Below, in pieces: positions 8,498 to 15,804 of a DNA stretch of 32,000 bases. Within the stretch, counting starts at the first letter, position 1; each line of letters begins with the position of its first letter. The stretch comes from Telmatocola sphagniphila. Its GTDB lineage: Bacteria; Planctomycetota; Planctomycetia; Gemmatales; Gemmataceae. The notes under the pieces were generated by a model, which was not told where the DNA came from, ran no database searches, and was given only the letters and a program-made list of their open reading frames with translations. The position numbers and the translations under genes are program-made. The stretch spans positions 240,001 to 272,000 of the forward strand of contig NZ_CP074694.1 of assembly GCF_018398935.1 (NCBI RefSeq), in the 5' to 3' direction.

Positions 8498-10351
8498 TTA
8501 CTCCGCCCGGCTAGCCAGTACGACCCGTTTACCCGCGAGAACGCGAATGCCGATATTCAAACCCATCACAACCACGACCAGAACCAGAGCGGCCGCCCAG
8601 GCTTGGGCCTCCCATTCCGGGATGCCGCTTCGGGAGTAGTCGTAGATGTATTTTGGTAGAAATGGCGTTCGATCTGCCGGAGTTCGCGGCCAGAAGTTGG
8701 AACCGTATGCAGTAAGCAACAAAGGAGCGGTTTCTCCCGCGATACGTCCGATGGCCAGGAATATACCCGTGATAATTGCTGGAAGGGCGGCAGGTAGCGA
8801 AATTCTCAGAACGGTTTGTCTGTGGGAAGCCCCCAGTGCCAGACTCGCCTGTCGTAACGTCGATGGTACCAGTCTGAGAGATTCCTCCGAGGAGCGAACG
8901 ATAATCGGCACCATCATGATGGCCAGAGCGATGGCGCCCGCCCAGCCGGAAAAACTTCCCGTGGTACGAACCACTATCACATAGACGAATATACCGATCA
9001 CTATAGAGGGGACACCCCCCAACAGTTCTGTGACGAAACGTACGAAATTGGACCAGCGCGTCGATCGATATTCGCTCAGGTAAACTGCAGCCAGAATCCC
9101 CAAAGGAATCGCCATCAGCGTAGCCAGCCCGACAATCATGAAGCTGCCGCCAATGGCATGGGCCATACCCCCATTCGGATCTTTAGGCGGCATCGGAAGC
9201 TGAGTGAAGAAGGACCAGCTCAAAGACCCTGCACCCCGATAGATGATGTAGCCCAGAATCAAAAATAGGGGAATGACTGTGGTGAGCAGGCAACTGCCTA
9301 AAACGACGGTCATGATGCGATTGATTCGCTCCGCCTTGCGATGATTCTGAATTCTCACGGCCATGTTTTCACTGGCCGGGTGAGTGAAATTGGATCGGAA
9401 CGCCCGGGTGCGGACGCGGGGTTTGCCCATCCGGCGGACCAAGAGCCGAGCTGAGCCATTCACGATAATTGTGACAACGAAAAGGATCAAACCCAGTGCC
9501 ACCAGGGCCGCACGCTCTCGTTCATCCACGGCTTCATTCAATCGGTTGGCAATCACGGAAGCGATCGAATCTGCCAGGGCAAACGGAATGGCTAGAACAT
9601 CTTTCCACGAGTGAGGAAGATCGGCCCGGTTCCCCACGATCATGGTAACGGCCATGGTTTCACCGAGTGCCCGTCCCAAGGCCAGGAAGCAGGCCGCCAC
9701 GATACCCGGTCGGGCATAGGGCAACACAACCGTTCGGATCATTTGCCAGCGAGTTGCGCCGAGAGCCAGCGCCCCCTCGCGTTGCGAGCGGGGCACTGCC
9801 CGGCACACATCGAACGTGATTGCAGTGATGTAAGGAATGATCATCAAAGCGAGAATCAGCCCGGCAGACAGGATGCCCGCGCCGCTGGTATTCGGGCCAC
9901 CAACTTGATTGTAAATCCACTGGACGGCCGGGCAAAGGAAAAACAGCCCCCAGAAGCCATACACCACGCTCGGAATGGCCGCCAGTAACTCGGTCAGAAA
10001 AGAGCCGGTACGTCGGATTTTTTCCGAGGCGATCTCAGCGAGATAAGCTGCGGATCCCACGCCTAACGGTACGGCGATCAACATGGCCAGAGCGGAGGTT
10101 ATCAGCGTTCCATAGATGTAAGCGAGGGCACCAAACTTATTGTTATTAATGTCGAGTTTGGTGTCGGTGAAAAAACTGCCGATGTGGGGAAAGATCGGCC
10201 GGGACTGCCAAATCAGAGTAACGATTAATCCCAGCGCCAGTAGCAGTATGAATGTGCCAGCGGAACTGCAGATAACCCGGAAGATGTCGTCGCCGACATC
10301 CGATTGAGGCTGCGAGTCTTTTCGCGAGATCGAGTTTTCTTCGTTCGACAT
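8498..10351 (-). CDS. pstCA: Fused phosphate ABC permease PstC-PstA
   Basis: Single uninterrupted ORF (625 codons from TTG 10375, 617 from the first ATG at 10349-10351). The first half is PstC-like (ALAYIYGTLITSALAMLIAVPLGVGSAAYLAEIA). The second half is PstA-like (GGMAHAIGGSFMIVGLATLMAIPLGILAAVYLSEY). Confidence 0.85.
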   Translation of the reverse strand: MSNEENSISRKDSQPQSDVGDDIFRVICSSAGTFILLLALGLIVTLIWQSRPIFPHIGSFFTDTKLDINNNKFGALAYIYGTLITSALAMLIAVPLGVGSAAYLAEIASEKIRRTGSFLTELLAAIPSVVYGFWGLFFLCPAVQWIYNQVGGPNTSGAGILSAGLILALMIIPYITAITFDVCRAVPRSQREGALALGATRWQMIRTVVLPYARPGIVAACFLALGRALGETMAVTMIVGNRADLPHSWKDVLAIPFALADSIASVIANRLNEAVDERERAALVALGLILFVVTIIVNGSARLLVRRMGKPRVRTRAFRSNFTHPASENMAVRIQNHRKAERINRIMTVVLGSCLLTTVIPLFLILGYIIYRGAGSLSWSFFTQLPMPPKDPNGGMAHAIGGSFMIVGLATLMAIPLGILAAVYLSEYRSTRWSNFVRFVTELLGGVPSIVIGIFVYVIVVRTTGSFSGWAGAIALAIMMVPIIVRSSEESLRLVPSTLRQASLALGASHRQTVLRISLPAALPAIITGIFLAIGRIAGETAPLLLTAYGSNFWPRTPADRTPFLPKYIYDYSRSGIPEWEAQAWAAALVLVVVVMGLNIGIRVLAGKRVVLASRAE

Positions 10352-10358
10352 GGGAAGT

Positions 10359-11492
10359 TTATCGGGAGTTTTCAACGATGGTAATAGATTCGAGTTTCAG
10401 CTTGATCAAATTACAAAGTCGCTCGGGGAGTGGAGAATAACCGAGCTCGCGAACTCGTTTCTGACCCTCCCCCTGATATTCCGTGACCCAAAGAAGGAAC
10501 TTTTTAATATCCTCGGCGAGCTTCTCCGGTTGGCTTTTATAAAGAACGGCCCAGTTCGTGCCACTGATCGGGTAGGAATTGGGCCCGGAGATATTGGTGA
10601 GCGAATAGCGGAGGTCGGCAGGAATTTTTACGAACGCGGCATCCGCCGCCGCACTGACACTTTCCAAGCTGGCTAGTAGAAAGACGCGTTCTTTAATGTT
10701 CGAGTTAAGTCCGGTCTTCGCCACGTGGGCCGCGTTTTTTTCGGTGCTGTCCCGAGATTCCACTTTTCCGTAAGAGACCTTGTTCTGCACGGCGAAAATC
10801 AATTCCACATAACCGATGGCATAAGGGGATCGGAAGACATGCCCCGCAACGCCTTCGTTGCCCCGCTGACCCACCCCTTTGGGCCAATTCACCGTCGTCC
10901 CCGATTTAATTTTGGTTTTCCATTCGGCAGAGACTTTAGAAAGGTAATCGGTGAAAATGGACGTTGTTCCGCTGGAGTCCGATCGGGTGACTGGGACAAT
11001 TTCCCGATCCGGGAGTTCGAGACCGGGATTGATTTCCTTGATGGCCGGGTCATTCCAGTGGGTCACTTTTCCCATGAAAATTTCGGCTAATAGTGTCCCG
11101 GTAAAATTCAAGGGCTGGTTGACTTCGGGCAGATTGTAGATGGGCACAACCGCGCCCATGGCCAGTGGTATGTGGAGTATTTCTCCTCGGCCTTGCTTCG
11201 CTTTCTCGAGCAGATCATCCTTAATGAAGGCATCGGTACAGCCGAAATTGATCGTCTGTGCGAGTGTTTGCTGTACGCCATTCCCGGAGCCTGTGGACTG
11301 ATAATCGATCTGAACGCCGGTCAATTTTTCATATTCGCGTGACCAGACCAGCATCGCCGGATAGATGAATGAGGCGCCTCCCGCATTGATTCGGCGGGCG
11401 TCTTTACAACCGGTCAAAGTTGTTAGAAGCAGCAGAAAAATCCAGAAGAACCGCATTCGAGGCACCAAATTGCATGGGTTTTTAACCTTCAT
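10359..11492 (-). CDS. pstS: Phosphate-binding lipoprotein PstS
   Basis: 377 aa. Signal peptide with lipobox LLLLTTLTGC. PstS-like STGSGNGVQQ and SGTT motifs. First gene of the unit. Alternative start at ATG 11454-11456 (MRFFWIF). Confidence 0.85.
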   Translation of the reverse strand: MKVKNPCNLVPRMRFFWIFLLLLTTLTGCKDARRINAGGASFIYPAMLVWSREYEKLTGVQIDYQSTGSGNGVQQTLAQTINFGCTDAFIKDDLLEKAKQGRGEILHIPLAMGAVVPIYNLPEVNQPLNFTGTLLAEIFMGKVTHWNDPAIKEINPGLELPDREIVPVTRSDSSGTTSIFTDYLSKVSAEWKTKIKSGTTVNWPKGVGQRGNEGVAGHVFRSPYAIGYVELIFAVQNKVSYGKVESRDSTEKNAAHVAKTGLNSNIKERVFLLASLESVSAAADAAFVKIPADLRYSLTNISGPNSYPISGTNWAVLYKSQPEKLAEDIKKFLLWVTEYQGEGQKRVRELGYSPLPERLCNLIKLKLESITIVENSR

Positions 11493-11828
11493 AACTTATG
11501 GTCCCGAGGCCAAGTGCGTAGGGGAACATTGTGAATCTTTGATGTAGTTACGCGACGAAAGGGGCTTCGAAAATTCGCACGAGGGTTGGAGATTTAACTT
11601 GAGAAATCTGCAAAAAATTGTTTGAATGAGATTTTTTCCGACCTTCCCAGTCCAAAATGTCGATAAAATCAGCAAACATGCTGAGATTAAAATTGCTGTA
11701 TATTCGTCAGCTTTTCATGGCTTATAAAAAAATAGTTCCTTATATTGAAGTGTGCCAAAAAGCAGATTGTCCAACGGATCAGAAGTCAGAATGCAAATTC
11801 GACGTTTCCCTCAGATCGAGTCCCTCCT

Positions 11829-13844
11829 ATGAATTTTCGAGGTACTCCACTGCAAAACGAGGATTACGAACCACTTCGGGAAGCTACGGCTACGGGAGTG
11901 CAAACGTCCGAATTGCGTGAACCTGCGCCACTAACTCCGGATGAAATTTTATGGAAAGAGGTCGAAGCTCGGGGCTTAGTCTCCGGGAGGTTTGACCCTA
12001 AATCATTTCCTAAACTGCCCGCACGTACCCTTTCTTCGGGCGATTATCCTTTTGCCGAACTCCTGGAATTACCGAAAGATCTGCGAGATTGTTTCCGGAA
12101 AACACTCCGGCGTGCCACGGGCTTATTCCTGCTGAGTCCGGAAATCAATTCGACCGAATCGAATTCCCTTTGGAGCGAATTGAGAGTTCTGGAGATCCAG
12201 GCTACAGCTCCTTCGGATGTTTCCTCGGTAGTTTGCCACCCGATTCGCGACTATCATTCCATTCAGCAAGGGGAAGTCGAACGGCATATGTCGCTCACTT
12301 CCATCTGGGCACAACTGCTGGAAGAAACCGAGAAAGTTCGATCCCTGCAGGGACTTTTGGGGCAATTGAGCCGGACGCGGGAAGAGGTGTCTGACCTGAT
12401 CCGGCGCGAATTGGAAACTGCCTCCGAAGAATTGCCGCTTCGATCTCAAATGAACCGCGTGATTGAGTCGTTTGGCGAAGGGCTTCAGCAACTTGAAGCC
12501 GAACGGAGCGAATTGAACGCGGAAATTGTCCGCCAGACCAATAACCTCTCGGCTTACACCGAGACCTTGGATCGCCTCCGACCTTTCGCCGAGAGCCGAC
12601 AGTATTTGCGCTGGTGGACGATTCGATTCTGGAAGTCGTTATTCAGAAAAGACTTGATGCCGCGCTGGCAGGAGCTGCAAAAACAAAAAGCCGAGACCGA
12701 AACTCGGATTCAGGACTTGCAAGAACTGCTTCAAAAGGCGGAAAAATCGTTCGAAGAAAAAAAACAGGCGGAACAGCAAGAGATCGCCCGCTTATTCGAA
12801 CAGGAAATCTCGGAGCGCTGCCGCGTGAGAGATCAGAAGCTCAGCGAGCTCCAAAATCAGATAGATCTGGCGAATTTAAATCTGGATGAAAACTGGCGGG
12901 AACTGAGCAAATCTCTGAATCTCATCTCCGTACGGCCCCGCAGCGTCGAAGAGCTTCGCATCTATCAGCAGCCCACTTCGGAACAGCTTCAACAATCCCT
13001 CCACGAAAGCATTTGGGCAGAGAATTGGCAGAAGCGCTTTCAGGAACTGCCTGAGACCGTGAAAGTGCGGCGAGCCTTGTCGAGCGGGCATTCGCCCTGC
13101 GTATCGTTCGAGTTCTGGCAAAAGCATTTGCGATCCGATCGTGAGCTGGCGCAGATGATTGACGGAGTTGTGCTTAAAGGAATTCCGGCTCTAAGTGTTC
13201 AGGAGAGAGCCGAACTTTGCGATTGGTGCGACCGAGTCATCTGGATGGAACCGGAGGAGATCGATCGAAATCTTGAAGGAGCTAATCGCGTCAGCCGGGC
13301 AGTGGACAAAGCCGGATCTTTTGCGAGCGTTTGGAATATCTTCGATCAAAGACGCTGGAAAAAGCAGGGGGGCCGCTTAATAGCCACTCTGGAATTCACC
13401 TCCGAATTCCATCGGAATCGACTGGAATTGGAATCGCTGGCCGATAATTCCGATATTCAACTGGCCATCCTTCCTCCGGAAAGAGGGGCAACCGCACGCC
13501 TGGTGGAAGTCCGCTTTCCAGAGAATTTTCCATTGGTGGAAGCCAAGCGAATTCTGCTGGAAGAGTTGCAAACGATTTTGATCCATACCAGTTCCCCTGG
13601 TTATTGTCTGGAAGCGACCGAAGACATGTTTCTGCTGAGATTTACTGAAAGCGCGTGGGATGCCAGCCTCTGCCTCAGTAAAGGAATCTGCGAGAAATTG
13701 ACAGGCCTGGAAACATCGGCCATCAGTTTTGAAAAACGGGCGGGCTGGAACGTCCACTCGATCCAATCCTGGATGAATCTCAATCTTCCGGGCCGAAAAG
13801 TCTCCCGAGTATTTTGTCTGGAAACCGGCTGCAACAGCCTGTGA
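11829..13844 (+). CDS. Orphan hypothetical protein with a long central coiled-coil
   Basis: The ORF is open from TTG 11745 (699 codons). The first ATG is at 11829 (671 aa), with no clear SD at either. Residues ~190-420 are heptad-like and Glu/Leu/Gln/Arg-rich (QELQKQKAETETRIQDLQELLQKAEKSFEEKKQAEQQEIARLFEQEI). No Walker, nuclease or other catalytic motif was seen. Confidence 0.6.
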   Translation: MNFRGTPLQNEDYEPLREATATGVQTSELREPAPLTPDEILWKEVEARGLVSGRFDPKSFPKLPARTLSSGDYPFAELLELPKDLRDCFRKTLRRATGLFLLSPEINSTESNSLWSELRVLEIQATAPSDVSSVVCHPIRDYHSIQQGEVERHMSLTSIWAQLLEETEKVRSLQGLLGQLSRTREEVSDLIRRELETASEELPLRSQMNRVIESFGEGLQQLEAERSELNAEIVRQTNNLSAYTETLDRLRPFAESRQYLRWWTIRFWKSLFRKDLMPRWQELQKQKAETETRIQDLQELLQKAEKSFEEKKQAEQQEIARLFEQEISERCRVRDQKLSELQNQIDLANLNLDENWRELSKSLNLISVRPRSVEELRIYQQPTSEQLQQSLHESIWAENWQKRFQELPETVKVRRALSSGHSPCVSFEFWQKHLRSDRELAQMIDGVVLKGIPALSVQERAELCDWCDRVIWMEPEEIDRNLEGANRVSRAVDKAGSFASVWNIFDQRRWKKQGGRLIATLEFTSEFHRNRLELESLADNSDIQLAILPPERGATARLVEVRFPENFPLVEAKRILLEELQTILIHTSSPGYCLEATEDMFLLRFTESAWDASLCLSKGICEKLTGLETSAISFEKRAGWNVHSIQSWMNLNLPGRKVSRVFCLETGCNSL

Positions 13845-13888
13845 ACGCCTATACAATTTCCGGTAACACCCTCAGGAGGTTCACACTC

Positions 13889-14272
13889 ATGTTTACCCGC
13901 AGATTGTTGTTGGCTCTGGTCATGGCCTTCGGTTTGCAATTTTCCTCGGCATCCGCGGAAGATCCCCAAATCGTACACATGGTTTATTTCAGTTTGAAAG
14001 AACCGACCAAGGCTAACAAGGAAGCCATGGTCGCCGGTTGCAAGAAGTATCTCAAAGATATCGATGGCATCGTCTACTTCTCTTCCGGCATTCGCGGTGA
14101 AGCGTTTGCTCGAGATATCAACGACAAAGAATTCGATGTCTCGCTGAACATCGTTTTCAAGAACAAGGCTGCTCACGATAAATATTCGGATCATCCGAAG
14201 CATCTCGAATTCATTAAGGAATTCAAAGATCAGATGGCCAAAGTTCGAGTGTTCGATTCTGAAGTCAAATAA
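13889..14272 (+). CDS. Exported Dabb (stress-responsive alpha/beta-barrel) domain protein
   Basis: ATG 13889 has AGGAGG 9 nt upstream (13874-13879). Signal peptide MFTRRLLLALVMAFGLQFSSASA. Dabb-like core VHMVYFSLKE...HDKYSDHPKHLEF. The longer ORF-track start at 13814 overlaps the previous gene and was rejected. Confidence 0.75.
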   Translation: MFTRRLLLALVMAFGLQFSSASAEDPQIVHMVYFSLKEPTKANKEAMVAGCKKYLKDIDGIVYFSSGIRGEAFARDINDKEFDVSLNIVFKNKAAHDKYSDHPKHLEFIKEFKDQMAKVRVFDSEVK

Positions 14273-14301
14273 TATTCAGGCTTTCGCGAACTATCAATTT
14301 C

Positions 14302-14937
14302 ATGCGAATTCCTTTGGTAATATTCGATTTCGACGGCACCATGGTCAGGACCCTGCCACTGGCCATGGAGATTTTCAATCAACTCGCCCCCGTTCATAAT
14401 TTTCAGCCGATTCAAGATTTTGAAGCCCTACGAAGTCTTCCCACCAAAGCTTTTTTTCGGCAGCAGGGGATTCGGATCTGGAAGCTCGGTCGATTCGTTA
14501 AAGGCTTTCAGGAAGAGATGCAGAAGCGTGCCCAGGAGATTCAGCCCGTTCAGGGGCTGCCCGAAGTCCTGGCGAACTTGAGGAAAGATGGCCATCGGCT
14601 CGGAATACTTTCCTCTAATGCCGAGCTGCATATTCGGGAACGCCTCCGATTTTTCGGTATCGAAGACTGTTTTGAGTTGATCTCCAGTTATCCGAAACTG
14701 TTCGGTAAAGCGAAAATGTTGAAGCGAATCTCCAAAACGCTGGATATCAGTCGCGCTGAAGTGGCGTACATTGGGGATGAATACCGGGATATGGAAGCGG
14801 CTCGGAAAGCGGGCGTGAGACCGGTTGCTGTGTCTTGGGGATATCATTCGAGCGCCTTGTTGAGTGACGCTAAACCGGAAGTCATAGTCGATACGCCAGC
14901 CGCCTTATTGGAATGGATTCAGCGGGAAAATAGATGA
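14302..14937 (+). CDS. HAD-superfamily phosphatase (phosphoglycolate phosphatase-like)
   Basis: 211 aa. Motif I VIFDFDGTMV, motif II ILSSN, motif III/IV K...YIGDEYRDMEAARKAG. Confidence 0.8.
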   Translation: MRIPLVIFDFDGTMVRTLPLAMEIFNQLAPVHNFQPIQDFEALRSLPTKAFFRQQGIRIWKLGRFVKGFQEEMQKRAQEIQPVQGLPEVLANLRKDGHRLGILSSNAELHIRERLRFFGIEDCFELISSYPKLFGKAKMLKRISKTLDISRAEVAYIGDEYRDMEAARKAGVRPVAVSWGYHSSALLSDAKPEVIVDTPAALLEWIQRENR

Positions 14938-15497
14938 GCCTGAATACCCGATTTTTGGCTATCGATTTTGAAACGGCTGATAACGGGCGCGATAGTGCCT
15001 GTGCGGTTGGTCTGGTGCGGTTCGTGGGGGGAGAAATCGTCGACCGCAAGCAGTTTTTAATTCGGCCTCCCCGTCGCAATATCCTCTACACCTACATTCA
15101 CGGCATCAAATGGGAGCACGTTAAAGATCAACCCAATTTTGCCGAACTCTGGCCGTTACTGGAAGTCGAATTTCGGGAAACCGATTGTCTGGTAGCCCAT
15201 AATGCCGGATTTGATGCGGCGGTACTCAAGGGCTGCTGCACGACGGCCGGCGTACCTTTGCCGGTCACGCCATTCATTTGCACAGTCGTTCTGGCCCGTA
15301 AAGCCTGGCGAGTTTACCCCACCAAGCTACCGGATGTTTGTCGGTATTTGGATATTCATCTGAAACATCACGACGCCCTTTCTGACGCCGAGGCTTGTGC
15401 TCGAATTGTCATTGCTGCGCAGAAAGCCGGTCGCGATCACCTGATCAAAGTTCCCAGTGCTCCCGCGACACCGACCCTAGCGAAAAAACTTTTCTGA
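14934..15497 (+). CDS. DEDDh 3'-5' exonuclease (DnaQ/epsilon-like domain)
   Basis: 187 aa. Exo I AIDFETAD, Exo II VAHNAGFDAAVL, Exo III HHDALSDAEACARI. The start overlaps the HAD stop (ATGA at 14934-14937). Confidence 0.85.
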   Translation: MSLNTRFLAIDFETADNGRDSACAVGLVRFVGGEIVDRKQFLIRPPRRNILYTYIHGIKWEHVKDQPNFAELWPLLEVEFRETDCLVAHNAGFDAAVLKGCCTTAGVPLPVTPFICTVVLARKAWRVYPTKLPDVCRYLDIHLKHHDALSDAEACARIVIAAQKAGRDHLIKVPSAPATPTLAKKLF

Positions 15498-15702
15498 TTC
15501 CTTTCGGCTTTACCTAGAAGTGTAAGTGTAAACGGCTGAATTATTAAAATTCTCCTTATCAACCAATCGGATTTGCCGCGAATGACAGCCCCAACAGGCC
15601 ATGAGGGAATGGCCTGCCAAACTGACAGGAGTCATTAGAAAAAGTATTCTCGAAGCGCGCAATTCCCAAAGAAAAGTGGCACATCAGTTCGACGGACCAA
15701 TC

Positions 15703-15719
15703 CGGCACAAATCTTGCTA
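15703..15719 (+). promoter_or_regulatory. Candidate sigma-54 (-24/-12) promoter for groEL1
   Basis: CGGCAC-aaatc-TTGCT. GG at 15704-15705 and GC at 15716-15717 have the canonical 12-nt offset. It lies 88 nt upstream of the GTG start. A second weaker copy, TGGCAC-atcag-TTCG, is at 15677-15691. Confidence 0.35.
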
Positions 15720-15804
15720 TCTAGGATTTCTTGAAGAGAAATACGCTGTACCCGACCCGTGAATATCAGGGTCGTAAATCATTCTGCACTAAGAGGAGAT
15801 CTCC

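Noticed and set aside
11657-11920. 87-aa ORF in the pstS/orphan intergenic region.
   Set aside because: It is AT-rich with no SD, overlaps the start of the 699-codon ORF in another frame, and its translation has no features. It is probably spurious.
13814-13888. Upstream extensions of the Dabb gene (13814), dnaJ (19774), pstCA (TTG 10375) and the membrane protein (GTG 23009).
   Set aside because: The downstream starts have better SD sequences and give canonical N-termini: a signal peptide, a J-domain, and so on. The extensions overlap neighbouring genes or start at non-ATG codons.
15581-15630. CTGTCAT and CTGTCAG (minus strand), which resemble Pho-box half-sites, upstream of groEL1.
   Set aside because: The two copies are about 40 nt apart rather than the 11-nt phasing of a Pho box, and they are not near any phosphate gene. 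They are better explained as arms of the nested inverted repeat.
15498-15804. Searched the spacers upstream of groEL1, groES, groEL2, dnaJ, grpE and cbpA for CIRCE (TTAGCACTC-N9-GAGTGCTAA) and HAIR (CTTGAGT-N7-ACTCAAG) heat-shock operators.
   Set aside because: No match or near match was seen by eye. The closest is GTTGAGTCAATCGTCAAAG at about 17948-17966, which lacks the second HAIR arm.
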